Shown here: piece by piece, positions 29,031-40,855 of the stretch
How positions within the stretch are numbered: the stretch's first letter is position 1
Layout of the letters: each line of letters opens with the position of its first letter
Program-made: the position numbers and the translations under genes
Assembly: GCA_963663495.1 (NCBI GenBank)
Contig: OY760427.1
Span: 5,586,170-5,650,169, forward strand
Direction of reading: 5' to 3'
Source of the DNA: Rhodothermales bacterium
GTDB lineage: Bacteria > Bacteroidota > Rhodothermia > Rhodothermales > Bin80
DNA length: 64,000 nucleotides
Notes under the pieces: model-generated
The model's input: the letters and a program-made list of their open reading frames with translations, nothing else
Told to the model about the DNA's origin: nothing
The model's database searches: none

Positions 29031-31256
29031 TTGGGCGCCCTCGGGCGTGGCCACGGGTTTGGCACGCTCCCAGTATTCCTGGCGGGGATCAGCACCATAT
29101 TGGGTGCCATAATGTTTCTGCGCTTCGGCTACGCCGTCGGGAGCGTTGGCCTTCTGGGTGCACTGGGCATCATTGTACTGGGGCATGCAGTAACCTTTCC
29201 GACAGCCTTGGCTATCGCGGAAATAGCAACGAACAGGAAGGTAGAGGGAGGGGGCGAGTACTTCATCATTTCTCGTTCCTTCGGCACGACGATCGGCGGC
29301 GTAATCGGGATTTTCCTTTATCTGTCCCAGGCAATTTCGGTAGCGTTCTACCTTATTGCGTTTGCCGAGGCCTTCAGCCCGGTGGCATCGTGGTTTGCCG
29401 TGGTAACGGGCGTGGCCTTTGATCCGCGCTACGTGTCAATACCTGCTCTCCTTGGACTTCTTACCATAGTCACATACCGTGGCGCTGCGATGGGGGTGAA
29501 GATGCTCTATGTGGTAGCAGCGGTCCTGCTTACCTCCTTGGTGCTGTTCTTTCTCGGTGCTCCGCTGGAAGGCTTCGACCCTGCAACTGTGCGGTTCACC
29601 GGCGGGATTGTGGAAGGGGATGCCTTTATCGTGGTGTTTGCCATTGTCTTCCCTGCCTTTACCGGCATGACAGCCGGCGTAGGATTGTCTGGCGATCTGA
29701 AGGATCCGCGCGTGTCTCTGCCAAACGGAACGCTGCTTGCAACGTGTGTTGGCGTGGCAGTTTATGTGTTGATCGTCTTCAAGCTGGCGTATTCTGCGCC
29801 GATGGACGCGCTGGTTGAGGAACAGCTGATCATGGCGAAGATTGCCTTGTGGGGACCAGTCATTTTCATCGGGCTCGGATGTGCCACGCTGAGCTCGGCG
29901 ATTGGCTCAATCCTGGTGGCACCACGCACGCTGCAGGCCCTCGGAGCCGACTCAACCACACCCACTTCAGCGGCGAACGAGTGGTTGGCGCGCGGCTACG
30001 GTAAAGAAAACGAGCCGCGCCATGCCACAGTTGTTACGGGCATGATCGCCTTAGCTATCGTAATGGTCGGTAACGTTGATATGGTGGCCCGTATCATCTC
30101 CATGTTCTTCATGGTGACCTACGGAGCATTGTGCGCCATCGGCGTTCTTGAGCACTTCGCTGCGCGCCCCAGTTATCGCCCCAGCTTCCGATCACGCTGG
30201 TATGTGAGCCTCATCGGCGCGTTGACGTGCTTGTTTCTGATGTTTCAGATGGACCCGGTGTATGCCTTCGCCGCGCTAGTTCTGATGGCAGGGATGTACA
30301 AATTGTTAGAACGTACGCAGTCCGGGGAGTCTGACCTGGCGGCGATGTTCGAAGGAGTGATGACGCAAGCGACCCGGACGATGCATGTCCGACTGCAGCG
30401 CCGGCGCCGGGTGGAAACGGCGGACGAATGGCGCCCCAGTATCATTATGGTCAATGACCGAACCTTCGACCGGCGCAGTCCGCTGGCGATGCTACGGTGG
30501 CTTTGCCATAGGCACGGATTCGGGACGTATCTGCATTTTATCCAGGATCGGCTCAACGCGCGTTCCTTCCGTGCGAGCGAAGCAATGCATGCCCGCCTTA
30601 TTGAGCTTGCACGAATGCAGAAAAGCACCGTGTATATGGACACCATCGTGAGCCCGTCCATGATGAGTGCGCTGGCGCAGAGCTTGCAAGTACCGGGTGT
30701 CTCAGGCATCAGCAATAATGCCGTAATGTTTGAGTTTTCAAAACGCGATGATATCAGTATCGTAGAAGAAGTGGTGCAGCTGTGCACGTTCTCCGCCGCA
30801 ACAGACAAAACGCTCCTGGTGCTGCGCCACGGAGATTATCACTTCGGTGAGCGTCAGCGCATACATATCTGGTTGACATGGAATGATGCTGCCAATGCCA
30901 ACATGATGATCTTGCTGGGCTACATTCTGGTGGGCCACCCGGACTGGGAAGGGGCCTCCATTGAGGTGTTCGCGGCGTTACCCCAAGCGCAGCTGGAGGA
31001 GCGGCGCCGAGAGTTCAAGAAGCTGATCGCAGAAGGCCGCCTTCCTATAAGCGAAAAGAACCTAAGGTATATTCCGACCAACGATGAGACCTCATTCAGG
31101 AAGCTCGTCGCTACAAGGTCGGAATTCGCCGACTTGATGGTGGTAGGTTTTGACCTACACGGTATTAACGAACGCGGCGTGGATGTCTTTACCAACCATT
31201 CTTCCCCAAAGGATGTGCTTTTCGTGCACGCCCCCGAACGTATCGCGATGGAATGA
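29031..31256 (+). CDS. Amino acid permease / SLC12-like cation-chloride cotransporter
   Basis: GFGTLPVFLAGISTILGAIMFLRF, GGGEYFIISRSFG and FPAFTGMTAG motifs, plus a soluble C-terminal domain. Start uncertain (frame open from 28908). Confidence 0.88.
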   Translation: MGALGRGHGFGTLPVFLAGISTILGAIMFLRFGYAVGSVGLLGALGIIVLGHAVTFPTALAIAEIATNRKVEGGGEYFIISRSFGTTIGGVIGIFLYLSQAISVAFYLIAFAEAFSPVASWFAVVTGVAFDPRYVSIPALLGLLTIVTYRGAAMGVKMLYVVAAVLLTSLVLFFLGAPLEGFDPATVRFTGGIVEGDAFIVVFAIVFPAFTGMTAGVGLSGDLKDPRVSLPNGTLLATCVGVAVYVLIVFKLAYSAPMDALVEEQLIMAKIALWGPVIFIGLGCATLSSAIGSILVAPRTLQALGADSTTPTSAANEWLARGYGKENEPRHATVVTGMIALAIVMVGNVDMVARIISMFFMVTYGALCAIGVLEHFAARPSYRPSFRSRWYVSLIGALTCLFLMFQMDPVYAFAALVLMAGMYKLLERTQSGESDLAAMFEGVMTQATRTMHVRLQRRRRVETADEWRPSIIMVNDRTFDRRSPLAMLRWLCHRHGFGTYLHFIQDRLNARSFRASEAMHARLIELARMQKSTVYMDTIVSPSMMSALAQSLQVPGVSGISNNAVMFEFSKRDDISIVEEVVQLCTFSAATDKTLLVLRHGDYHFGERQRIHIWLTWNDAANANMMILLGYILVGHPDWEGASIEVFAALPQAQLEERRREFKKLIAEGRLPISEKNLRYIPTNDETSFRKLVATRSEFADLMVVGFDLHGINERGVDVFTNHSSPKDVLFVHAPERIAME

Positions 31257-31280
31257 CCGTCTGGGCCATGGAGCGTGCTG

Positions 31281-33482
31281 CTACGCGAGCACGCTCTCCC
31301 GGCCGGAATCCCGGACAAAAAGGCAGGTTGATCCAGTTCGTTCTACCATAGCTCCGACAAAGCTGAGGTCAGGGTCCGGCCCCAACCCGAAAACAGAAAG
31401 GTCGGCCTGCGGCGCTGTGCTTACGTAGGATATAAAATCGTTTACTGCTACAACGACCTCGGTGTCCGGAATGCGTGCGAGGTCGACCAGCCGGCTCATG
31501 AAGCGGTGGGCGTCCGGCCGATCCTGCTCGTTCCGTATCACCGTAATGATGCGCATTTGCGCCTTCCAGTTGCGTGCCAGCTTGTATGCGATTAGTATGG
31601 CAAGGTCAAGGTTTCCGACATCCCAGCGGAGCTGCCAATCCGGACTTCGGTCTCGGATCCACACATTGATGGATCGGCGCTGGCCATGCCCCGCTACGAG
31701 ATGCGGGGCATGGATGAGTACTCCCAAGCCCAGTTCGCTGGCACGCCCCAATACGCTGCCATAGGCCTTTGTGCGCTGAGCATCGGCCGGCTTGTTCAGC
31801 AGCACGATGTTGGGACGAAAGAAGGTGCCGTGCAGCACCTGCATACCGGTGATCACTCCCGTGGTGTACGGGGTGTTCTCTACTACCATGGTTAAGGAAA
31901 AAACACCACGCTCCCGAAACGCCTGGCCGAGGCGCTTGAGCTTATTCACAAACCCGGGCGTCCCCGGGTTTATGCCCAAAAGCTTGACGGCACCCTTCGG
32001 AAAGGCGATATCCTCAATGATGGTGAACGATCCGCGGAGTTCCTCCAGATCCACTACCGGAATCAGAAGGTTGGGCTTCCATGCCCGCTGCTGCAGCGAA
32101 GGCATATTGGCCGCTTTCTTTGCCGCCCATTCGGAAAATGCTACGAACAAGCCGCTGCGTACATCTTCGAACGGTGCATCCAGACGGCGGCGGGCTAGGA
32201 CACCGTAGAAAATCACGACCAAGGTTACCGCTACTAGGCTTATGACCGGGTTGATGATAAACATGGCGAATACAGATCCGATCAGTCCCAGCACGGGCAC
32301 TATGCGGTGCACGCGGAATAGTGGTCGGAAGCTGACCAACCCAAGGCTCTGCTCAATCACTACCACAAGGTTAAGCATGGCGTACGTGACCAGAAAGAAC
32401 ATTGTGATGAGCGGTGCGATGGCATTGAGATCGCGCATCAGCAGCGTCAACATCACAATGGCGCCCGTGATCAGCATGGAATTGCGAGGTTCTCCTTTTC
32501 GGGTAAGCGTGCCAATCCAGTCGCTCTTCGGCATCACGCGGTGCTGGCCCATGGCCTGCAGAATTCGTGCAGAGCCAACCATTGAGGCAAGCGCGGAGGA
32601 GAATGTGGCACCAAAAACGCCCGCCAGCACAGCAGGTCCCCAGGCAGCTTTATCAATGATAACATAGTAGTTGCCGACCAGCTCATCCGGCGTAGCAGAA
32701 CGAGCAATCCAGTACCCGAGGAACAGGTAAACCACGAGGCTGACGCCGATGGCCGCCATGGTGCCCACCGGGATGCTGCGCCGTGGGTCTCGCAGCTCGC
32801 CGGACATGTTGGCGCCCGCCATGATGCCGGTGGCGGCAGGGAAAAACACGGCAAAAACAATCCAGAAAGAGGTGCCACTGAATCCCGTCTCTGGAGCCCC
32901 GCGGAAGCTGCCCCAGAGGCCCGACCCGTGGACAGGGTTCACCATGGATCCCGAGAACGCAGCGACCGCAATGGATACCAGGGAAATGCCGATGACAACC
33001 ATTATGAGGTATTGCACGCGGATAGCAAGATGTGCACTCTTGTAGGCGATACCCCACAAGCACGCGAACACGATCAGATCAACCATGAAGGCGGGCTGCG
33101 CCGGGAATACCCATAGCCATGCTTCACGGAAGCCGAAGATATATAGCGTTATGGCGAGGGCCTGGGATAAATATCGAGGGATGCCCAAGCTGCCTCCCAC
33201 TTCAAGTCCGAGCGACTGCGAAATGATGGCGTACGCCCCACCAGCTCCCAGCCTGATGTTGGACGTGATGGATGACATGGCCAGACCAGTACAGATGGTG
33301 ATACCGTAGGCCAATAGAATGACCAGGAGCCCCCCCAGAATGCCCGCGTTGCCGATCACCCAGCCCAGCCGGAGATACATGATGACCCCCAGAATGGTCA
33401 GTAGTGTGGGCGTGAACACGCCGCCGAATGTGCCAAACCGGCGAACAGGCTTGGCTTGTAGCTGGTCTTCAAGAAGGGTCAT
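31281..33482 (-). CDS. Amino acid permease / SLC12-like cation-chloride cotransporter
   Basis: FGTFGGVFTPTLLTILGVIMYLR, GGAYAIISQSLG and FFPAATGIMAGANMSGEL motifs. Confidence 0.92.
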   Translation of the reverse strand: MTLLEDQLQAKPVRRFGTFGGVFTPTLLTILGVIMYLRLGWVIGNAGILGGLLVILLAYGITICTGLAMSSITSNIRLGAGGAYAIISQSLGLEVGGSLGIPRYLSQALAITLYIFGFREAWLWVFPAQPAFMVDLIVFACLWGIAYKSAHLAIRVQYLIMVVIGISLVSIAVAAFSGSMVNPVHGSGLWGSFRGAPETGFSGTSFWIVFAVFFPAATGIMAGANMSGELRDPRRSIPVGTMAAIGVSLVVYLFLGYWIARSATPDELVGNYYVIIDKAAWGPAVLAGVFGATFSSALASMVGSARILQAMGQHRVMPKSDWIGTLTRKGEPRNSMLITGAIVMLTLLMRDLNAIAPLITMFFLVTYAMLNLVVVIEQSLGLVSFRPLFRVHRIVPVLGLIGSVFAMFIINPVISLVAVTLVVIFYGVLARRRLDAPFEDVRSGLFVAFSEWAAKKAANMPSLQQRAWKPNLLIPVVDLEELRGSFTIIEDIAFPKGAVKLLGINPGTPGFVNKLKRLGQAFRERGVFSLTMVVENTPYTTGVITGMQVLHGTFFRPNIVLLNKPADAQRTKAYGSVLGRASELGLGVLIHAPHLVAGHGQRRSINVWIRDRSPDWQLRWDVGNLDLAILIAYKLARNWKAQMRIITVIRNEQDRPDAHRFMSRLVDLARIPDTEVVVAVNDFISYVSTAPQADLSVFGLGPDPDLSFVGAMVERTGSTCLFVRDSGRESVLA

Positions 33483-33625
33483 GGCAGGGGCTGCGGCGCA
33501 ATTGTACAAGATTGAAAAAATGATGGGTCATGTGGGTTCTGCAAGGCAAAGGATTCGCGCACCGCGGCAGCAAGACATAACGCACAGGTTAGTACATTGA
33601 CCGCTCTGAACCGACAAGTACAATC

Positions 33626-34810
33626 ATGCGCATCGTTCTATTGACCAACGAATATCCCCCCCACATCTACGGAGGCGCGGGCGTTCATGTGGAGTACCTG
33701 ACAAAGGAGTTGATAAAGCTTGAGTCGGGCGGCCACAACGTGCAGGTGGTTTGCTTCGGGGATCAGGATACCCGTCAGGAAAACCTTACCGTTCGGGGCA
33801 TCGCGGCGCCGGCGCCGATTGCTGTACACGACCCGCAGCACAGCAAGTTCTTTGACACCATGGCGCGCAACCTTGAAATGGCTGCCATTGGTAATGCCGA
33901 TATCGTGCATTGCCATACATGGTATTCGCATTTTGCGGGATGCTTGCTGAAGCAGCTTGCCGGGGCCAAGCTCGTGCTGACCACCCATTCACTGGAGCCA
34001 CACCGTCCATGGAAAGCAGAGCAGCTGGGTACGGCGTACCATGCCAGCTCCTGGATCGAGCGTACAGCCTATCAGAATGCGGATGCGGTCGTAGCGGTAT
34101 CACCGCAAATGCGTACCGATGTCATGGCTCTGTACGGGGTTGAAGAAACATGTGTTCATGTCATTCCAAACGGTATCGATCCTAACGAGTATCGGCCAAC
34201 ATTCAATGAGGATGTCTTGCGATCGTACGGCATTGACCCGGCGATGCCCTATGTCCTGTTCGTCGGGCGGGTTACCAGGCAGAAGGGCATTATCCATCTG
34301 GTACACGCCCTCCAGTACCTGCTCCCTGGTATCCAGGTGGTGCTGGCAGCAGGCGCCCCGGACACTCCGGAAATCGAAGCTGAAATGGCACAGAAGGTGG
34401 CCGAGGCCCGGCGGCTGACGCATGGTCCCGTGGTGTGGATAAGCCGGATGATGCCGCGCGAGCACTTGGTGATTGCCTACTCGCACGCGGCAGTCTTCGT
34501 GTGCCCCTCGGTGTACGAGCCCTTCGGGATTATCAACCTTGAAGCAATGGCCTGCGAAACCGCGGTGGTGGCCACGGATGTCGGCGGTATTCCCACCGTC
34601 GTGGAGCATGGGAAGACCGGATTACTGGTACCCTTGGCAGATGAGGGGGACACATTTGCTCGTGCTCTGGCCGATGGCATCAACGAGCTCATGCGTGATG
34701 CCGCGCGCAGGACAACCTTTGCCCGCGCCGGCAGACAGCGCGTAGTGGACTGCTTCAGTTGGGGCGCGATCGCATCCCGGACGCTTGACCTGTACCGCGC
34801 TCTGCTCTAG
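33626..34810 (+). CDS. glgA: GT4 glycosyltransferase, GlgA/GlgM type
   Basis: TNEYPPHIYGGAGVHV, HCHTWY, HSLEPHRPWKAEQLG and YEPFGIINLEAMAC motifs. Confidence 0.9.
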   Translation: MRIVLLTNEYPPHIYGGAGVHVEYLTKELIKLESGGHNVQVVCFGDQDTRQENLTVRGIAAPAPIAVHDPQHSKFFDTMARNLEMAAIGNADIVHCHTWYSHFAGCLLKQLAGAKLVLTTHSLEPHRPWKAEQLGTAYHASSWIERTAYQNADAVVAVSPQMRTDVMALYGVEETCVHVIPNGIDPNEYRPTFNEDVLRSYGIDPAMPYVLFVGRVTRQKGIIHLVHALQYLLPGIQVVLAAGAPDTPEIEAEMAQKVAEARRLTHGPVVWISRMMPREHLVIAYSHAAVFVCPSVYEPFGIINLEAMACETAVVATDVGGIPTVVEHGKTGLLVPLADEGDTFARALADGINELMRDAARRTTFARAGRQRVVDCFSWGAIASRTLDLYRALL

Positions 34811-36090
34811 CTGTCCGCGAACCACTGAATGTTGCGCGTCAGGTACATCGTGGCAGCAAGAATAACGAAAAGGCCGATCATGCCTACGAGCAGGGCCATC
34901 TCCTCCAACTGGAGCAGCACAAACATGAACGCGTAGGCCGTCAGCAGCACACCGCCAACTCCATAGCTCTTGGCCTGAAAGACCGTCCGCAGATAGGCTG
35001 CGATGGTGGTAGTGGTTGCTACGGCCGCCATTGCATACGACAGGTTGAACGACAGGTGCTCGGAGAGCGCAAGCAACAGGCCGTAGAACATGCACAGCCC
35101 GAGCCCGACAAGAATGTATTGGAAGGGGTGGGCGCGCCTCTGAAGGAGCACCTCCAGCAGGAAAATGGAGAGAAGCGTAAGTCCGATAACCAAAATTGCA
35201 TACGTTGAGGCCCGCAGCGTCTTCCTGTAATGGTCCACCGGCATCAGCAATCGCACGCCAAAAGCTGACCCGCGCAAGTCGGCAGACCGGCCGCGCCAGG
35301 CTTGTGGGAAGGGTCTGTTGAGATCCAGCACCATCCAGTCAGCCTCGAATCCGTCATCGGTAACCTCCCGGCTGACCGGTAGGAAGGCGCCATCGAAGCT
35401 TGGATCTGACCACGGCGACATGAGGGATACGTGTGTCTCTTTTCCTACGGGCACGAAAAAGAGACTGCGGCTGCCCTTGAGGTCCAGCGAGAACCGGAAG
35501 GCGCGAGCCGAGTCAATCGGTACCTGCGCACTCATGCCCGCGCCCATGACAGCATCCTCCTGTATCCCCGGGCCGAAGATAGTGGATATGTCACCCCACT
35601 CCAGCGTAACCTGGTTTTGAATGCCGCGCATATCGGTAATGCCAACCGCGACTGCGGCCTCCTCCCACAGAATGTCTGCATCGTCCATGCTCCAGTCCGA
35701 AAAATCGGGCGCAGCAAACCGGCCGGATATTTCCAGCCTGGACGTATACACGGCAGCCTCGTAGATGCCGCGGTACAGCGTTTCTGTTTCCAGGGACCCT
35801 ATCACGTCAAGCGATTCGGGCAGAAAGTAGGCATAGCTAATACTATCCTCGTTCCGGAACGGGACTACGATGGCAGGGCCCGACACGATCTGTGCGCGCC
35901 CCCAGCTGTCGCTGATCTCGGCGATGGCTTCACCGTGTGTGCCACTGCGATCCTGGACGAGCTGCCTGACCATTGATGCAGGAATCAGCAGCAGTAGCGC
36001 GATAAAACCGGCAGATAACAGTTTGACGGTGACGGAGTCGCGGATCCAATTGTTGAATCGGTGGTAGGGTGATGGCGGTACGGATGTCAT
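34807..36090 (-). CDS. creD: Inner membrane protein CreD
   Basis: WGRAQIVSGP, WSDPSFDGAFLP and HPFQYILVGL motifs; ends YLTRNIQW. Confidence 0.92.
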   Translation of the reverse strand: MTSVPPSPYHRFNNWIRDSVTVKLLSAGFIALLLLIPASMVRQLVQDRSGTHGEAIAEISDSWGRAQIVSGPAIVVPFRNEDSISYAYFLPESLDVIGSLETETLYRGIYEAAVYTSRLEISGRFAAPDFSDWSMDDADILWEEAAVAVGITDMRGIQNQVTLEWGDISTIFGPGIQEDAVMGAGMSAQVPIDSARAFRFSLDLKGSRSLFFVPVGKETHVSLMSPWSDPSFDGAFLPVSREVTDDGFEADWMVLDLNRPFPQAWRGRSADLRGSAFGVRLLMPVDHYRKTLRASTYAILVIGLTLLSIFLLEVLLQRRAHPFQYILVGLGLCMFYGLLLALSEHLSFNLSYAMAAVATTTTIAAYLRTVFQAKSYGVGGVLLTAYAFMFVLLQLEEMALLVGMIGLFVILAATMYLTRNIQWFADS

Positions 36091-36103
36091 GAGGCTTGAC
36101 GGG

Positions 36104-38953
36104 TCAGTAGGAATCTAAAGGCGGGCAGGAGCAGACAAGCTTCCTGTCGCCGTAGGCATCGTTGAGTCGGCGTACCGCAGGCCAGAACTTGTGGCGATAG
36201 CACCAGTCGGCAGGAAAAGCGGCCTTTAGCCGCGGATACGGCAGATTGTAGTCCTGGTCAAGGACGAGGCGTGCTGTATGCGGAGCCTGCTTGAGCACGT
36301 TCATCCTAGGATCTGCCTCCCCATCCTCAATGTCCTGGATCTCCTGGCGAATGGCGATCAGGGCGGCGCAGAATCGGTCAAGCTCCTCTTTGGACTCACT
36401 TTCGGTTGGCTCAACCATGATTGTACCGACTACAGGCCACGACATGGTCGGGGCGTGGAACCCGTAGTCCATCAACCGTTTTGCCACATCCACTTCCTGG
36501 ATGCCTGGACTCTGTCGAAATGCTCTCAGGTCCAAGATAAATTCATGCGCTACAAAGCCATCGCGGCCACGGTACAGTACAGGTAGATACCCTTCCAGTC
36601 TCTTCGCTACGTAATTGGCATTCAGAATCGCGACCTGAGAGGCTCGTCGCAGCCCCTGCGGACCGAGGAGTGCGATGTAGGCCCACGAAATCAACAGGAT
36701 TAAGGCGCTACCGCATGGTGCTGCCGAAACCGGTCCGACAGCGTTTGCGTCTGTCTCCAGCGGGTGGCCCGGCAGGAAGGGTGCCAGGTGCGCCCGTACG
36801 CAGATGGGCCCCATGCCGGGGCCTCCTCCACCATGCGGTATGGCGAAGGTCTTGTGGAGATTGAGGTGGCACACGTCTGCTCCATAGTCACCGGGGCGGC
36901 ATAGGCCGACCTGGGCGTTCATATTGGCACCATCCAGGTATACTTGGCCGCCATACCGGTGGACTACTTCACATACCTCGGTAATACCCTCTTCAAAAAC
37001 GCCAAAGGTTGAGGGATAGGTTAGCATGATAGCGGCGAGCCTGTCGGCGTGCATTTTCGCTTCGCTCCGCAGGTGGTCCGGGTCAACATTGCCCTGCGCG
37101 TCCGTGCGGATGACGATCACACGCATGCCCGCCATAACAGCGCTGGCAGGATTGGTGCCATGCGCGGAATCGGGCACAAGGCAGACATCTCTCCATATCT
37201 CTCCCCGGCTATGATGGTAGGCCCGGATGGCACAGAGTCCGGCATACTCACCCGATGCTCCGGCGTTGGGTTGCAATGAGACGGCATCAAAGCCTGTGAT
37301 TGCGGCGAGCCAAGTCTTCAGATCATCAAAGATTTGCCGGTATCCTGTCGCCTGATTGAGCGGAGCGTATGGATGAACATCGCTGAATCCGGCCCACGCA
37401 AGCGGTGTTAGTTGTACGGCCGCATTTAGCTTCATGGTGCACGAGCCCAGGGGGATCATGCTGGTGGTCAGCGACAGATCGCGAGAGGCAAGGCGATGCA
37501 TGTACCGCATTAGCTGCGTCTCGCTGTGGCACCGGTTGAAAACCGGGTGTTGCAGGAAGGGCGTGGAGCGGCGCAGTGGTCCGGCATAGCCCGGCTCCAA
37601 GCCGAGGGCCATATCGCGCGCGCAGAATGTCAGCGCCTCACCCTCTGCGAATACAGCCAGCAGCTGGTCCAGCTCGGCCTCGCTGGTAGCCTCGTCCAGC
37701 GCTATTCCGACATGGGGGCCGGTGTACCGCAGGTTGATGCGTGCGCGTTCGGCGGCTGTACGTACCGCACGAGCGGCATCGTCTACCGTCAGCGTGTCAA
37801 AAAACGCATCGTGCCGAAGCCGGTAGCCAAGCCGCTCGAGCCCGGCTGCGAGGACGCGTGCCAACCCGTGCACACGCTCCGCAATCCTGCGGAGCCCTTC
37901 CGGTCCGTGGTACACGGCATAGGCAGAGGCCAGTATCGCCGGTAGCACCTGGGCGGTACATATGTTGCTTGTCGCCCGGGCGCGTTTGATATGCTGCTCA
38001 CGCATCTGCAAGGCCATCCGCAGAGCTGGCATGCCGTCCTGATCAACGGCGACACCTATGATTCGTCCGGGAACCTGCCGCCGGAATCGAGACCGTGTAG
38101 CGAAGTAGCCTGCGTGCGGTCCGCCGTTACCCAGTGGCAGGCCAAACCGTTGCGTGGTACCGACGACAGCGTCTGCACCAAAGGCGGCCGGTGCCTCCAG
38201 CACGGCAAGCGACAAAAGGTCGGCTGCCATGGCCACGCGTGCAAGCACGGCATGCGCGCGGCGACAGAATGCCGTGTAGTCAAGGACGGCGCCATCGGTG
38301 CAAGGGTACTGGACGAGCGCACCAAAGATGTCATCCGTAAACGTAAACGTCGCATGGTCACCGATGACAATGCGGATCCCGATCGGATGCGCGCGCGCCT
38401 GTACAACGGCGATCGTTTGGGGATGACAGGTCTCGGCGACAAAAAAGGCTGTCTTATCCTTGCGGGGTGTCAGCCGGAAGAACATCATCATGGCTTCAGC
38501 TGCTGCAGTACTCTCGTCCAGGAGGGATGCATTGGCGATCTCCATTCCCGTGAGATCAATCACCATGGTTTGAAAGTTGAGAAGCGCCTCAAGCCTCCCC
38601 TGGGAGATTTCAGGCTGGTAGGGGGTGTACTGCGTGTACCAGTTGGGATTTTCGAGGATGGCACGCTCAATAGCCCGTGGTGTGTTGGTGCTGTGGTACC
38701 CCATTCCGATAAAAGACCGGTAGCGCTGGTTTGTCGCTTCAAGCGCACGGAGGCGGGCAAGGAGTGCGGGTTCACTCATGGCATCCGGCAGGTCGAGGTT
38801 GCCCCGATGCCGGATGCCTGCAGGCACCGTGCGCTCTATAAGCTGCTCGAGAGATGTGACACCCAACGTGTCCAGCATCGCCCGAATTTCCGGCGGCGAC
38901 GGTCCGACATGCCGGTCCACAAACGGGTCGGTGGTACCAAGGTCAATGGCCAT
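36104..38953 (-). CDS. gcvP: Glycine dehydrogenase (P protein)
   Basis: [39 protein letters not shown] and HLNLHKTF motifs. Confidence 0.97.
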   Translation of the reverse strand: MAIDLGTTDPFVDRHVGPSPPEIRAMLDTLGVTSLEQLIERTVPAGIRHRGNLDLPDAMSEPALLARLRALEATNQRYRSFIGMGYHSTNTPRAIERAILENPNWYTQYTPYQPEISQGRLEALLNFQTMVIDLTGMEIANASLLDESTAAAEAMMMFFRLTPRKDKTAFFVAETCHPQTIAVVQARAHPIGIRIVIGDHATFTFTDDIFGALVQYPCTDGAVLDYTAFCRRAHAVLARVAMAADLLSLAVLEAPAAFGADAVVGTTQRFGLPLGNGGPHAGYFATRSRFRRQVPGRIIGVAVDQDGMPALRMALQMREQHIKRARATSNICTAQVLPAILASAYAVYHGPEGLRRIAERVHGLARVLAAGLERLGYRLRHDAFFDTLTVDDAARAVRTAAERARINLRYTGPHVGIALDEATSEAELDQLLAVFAEGEALTFCARDMALGLEPGYAGPLRRSTPFLQHPVFNRCHSETQLMRYMHRLASRDLSLTTSMIPLGSCTMKLNAAVQLTPLAWAGFSDVHPYAPLNQATGYRQIFDDLKTWLAAITGFDAVSLQPNAGASGEYAGLCAIRAYHHSRGEIWRDVCLVPDSAHGTNPASAVMAGMRVIVIRTDAQGNVDPDHLRSEAKMHADRLAAIMLTYPSTFGVFEEGITEVCEVVHRYGGQVYLDGANMNAQVGLCRPGDYGADVCHLNLHKTFAIPHGGGGPGMGPICVRAHLAPFLPGHPLETDANAVGPVSAAPCGSALILLISWAYIALLGPQGLRRASQVAILNANYVAKRLEGYLPVLYRGRDGFVAHEFILDLRAFRQSPGIQEVDVAKRLMDYGFHAPTMSWPVVGTIMVEPTESESKEELDRFCAALIAIRQEIQDIEDGEADPRMNVLKQAPHTARLVLDQDYNLPYPRLKAAFPADWCYRHKFWPAVRRLNDAYGDRKLVCSCPPLDSY

Positions 38954-38999
38954 GGAAGCATCGGTTTTGTGCGGTCACCGATAAGGCTGGCGACGCGTG

Positions 39000-39728
39000 T
39001 CAGTGCCATATTGATTGTACACCTAGAGATATCAGGGCGTTGTGGGCTGCGTGCTGGCTCGCGGTCTTCTTGGTTGCGCCCCGGGCGCGTCCAAGGATCT
39101 TGCCATCAACAGAAACTGCCACAGTAAAATTAGGCTGGTGACGTGGCCCTCGTGTACGAACTACGCGGTACTTTGGCTGCGCCCAGCCGCGTGCCTGGGC
39201 ATGTTCAAGAAGGTGTCCTTTGTGGTTCTGCGTAGTGGAGGCCAGCTGGTCCAAGTTGGCATTCTCCAGCATGGAGCGGAAGATGAAGCGCTCGGCGGTC
39301 GCCAAACCGCGATCAAGGTATAGCGCACCAATCAGGGCTTCCAGCCCGTCAGCAAGAATAGTCGGGTTCTTCTCCCCACCACCTTTACGCGCGCTGTAGC
39401 TCATGACAATCAGCGGCCCGAGGTCCAGCTTCCTGGCTACCTCGGCCAGCGCGGCACCGCTGACGAGTTTTGAGCGAAGCGACGACATAAACCCCTCCTC
39501 CTCGTTAGGATATTCCGAATACAGGTGGCGAGCAACCACGAGTCCTAACACGGCATCGCCCAAGTATTCAAGCCGTTCATTGGAGGCGGTTCTGGCTTCA
39601 TTATCTAAGTCCGATCTATGGCGCAATGCCAAGTCGTAGAGGTGTACATCGCGAATGCGTACACCGACGACGGCCTCAACGGGGTGCCGGCGAGAGTGCT
39701 TCAGCCATTTACCAAGGAGCCTGCGCAT
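39000..39728 (-). CDS. rnc: Ribonuclease III
   Basis: NERLEYLGDAVL signature, ADGLEALIGA and a C-terminal dsRBD. Confidence 0.96.
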   Translation of the reverse strand: MRRLLGKWLKHSRRHPVEAVVGVRIRDVHLYDLALRHRSDLDNEARTASNERLEYLGDAVLGLVVARHLYSEYPNEEEGFMSSLRSKLVSGAALAEVARKLDLGPLIVMSYSARKGGGEKNPTILADGLEALIGALYLDRGLATAERFIFRSMLENANLDQLASTTQNHKGHLLEHAQARGWAQPKYRVVRTRGPRHQPNFTVAVSVDGKILGRARGATKKTASQHAAHNALISLGVQSIWH

Positions 39729-39865
39729 AAATGAGAATTTGAACGATACAGCTAGAGTCCATCAACAGAACCGTATGATAGTCCCGTTACTGGTCGGTAC
39801 CATGACTGTGGCAGTGCAGACCTTCCTCATCAGGTGTTTGGTGCCAACGTGACATGCGCATCCGA

Positions 39866-40855
39866 TCATTGGGCGAAGATAAGAGTCATGAGGCCCCTTT
39901 TGACGAGTTCGCTCTTTACAACAGGCGATACGTAGCCGGATAGAGGAGTTGGAAGCCATCGCTGCCGACGATCGCGAGAACTAATGGTTTCGCTCACCGC
40001 CGCGTGGATCACGCGCGCGATAGCTGCTCCCAGCGCAGCCGAGGATTTTTCGTCGGCAATACCCTGCGTGAGAATTACGAGCACGTAGGGACGCTGACTG
40101 GCCGGGTATATGATGGCGGCGTCGTGCTGCACATTTGTGATCAGGCCCGTCTTATTTACCACCCGTGCGTCAGGTGGAAGGCCCGATGGGATCATGGTGC
40201 TGAAAATATTCCCGGACATGACATCAATCATGGTACTGTCGGCTTCTTTGGATACGGCCGTTCCCTCCATGAGCCGTAGAAGGAGCGCCGCGAGGTCCGT
40301 AGATGTGGTTGTATTGCTGAGCCCTTGCTCGAAAGCTTTGATGTCCTCTACCCCGCGCAACACATGCAGGGTTGGCGCTCCCAGTGACGCTGCGGTCTGG
40401 CGAACGGAATCCGCCGTCAGGACATCAATGAGCAGGTTGGTAGCCAGGTTTGAGGACATGGTCATCATGCGCTGCATCAGCGCAAACAGCGACAGCCTCG
40501 AATCAAGCATGCTGTAAATGTCTGTGTCGGAGTCATCCGATATGCTGTATGCCTCCCCGTCTACAATGGAACGAAAGCTGTTGCGGACCTCCACGGTGCT
40601 GTCCAATGCAAGGGTTCCGTTCCGGTCACGACGGAACAGTTCGATCATGACCGGAATCTTCATGGTACTCGCTGCATGCATCGCATGATCGGCGTTGATG
40701 TCAAGTGAAACGCTGCTGCTGCGAACTGAGACGGCTACGGTTGCCTCCGGATGCGTATCAAGGAGTGCTCGAATGTCCGCTTCTAGCGAACCCTTCCGGC
40801 ACGAGGCAAGGGCAACTGCAGCGACCATCAGCCAGCAAACGCTCAAATGCGGCAT
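39866..40855 (-). CDS. Class A beta-lactamase-like serine hydrolase, putative lipoprotein
   Basis: ASTMK (SxxK), SSN and KTG motifs; LASC lipobox. Confidence 0.88.
   Translation of the reverse strand: MPHLSVCWLMVAAVALASCRKGSLEADIRALLDTHPEATVAVSVRSSSVSLDINADHAMHAASTMKIPVMIELFRRDRNGTLALDSTVEVRNSFRSIVDGEAYSISDDSDTDIYSMLDSRLSLFALMQRMMTMSSNLATNLLIDVLTADSVRQTAASLGAPTLHVLRGVEDIKAFEQGLSNTTTSTDLAALLLRLMEGTAVSKEADSTMIDVMSGNIFSTMIPSGLPPDARVVNKTGLITNVQHDAAIIYPASQRPYVLVILTQGIADEKSSAALGAAIARVIHAAVSETISSRDRRQRWLPTPLSGYVSPVVKSELVKRGLMTLIFAQ

Noticed and set aside
37991-39127. 378-aa plus-strand ORF and similar long antisense ORFs over gcvP, transposases and other genes
   Set aside because: Shadow frames of GC-rich coding sequence.
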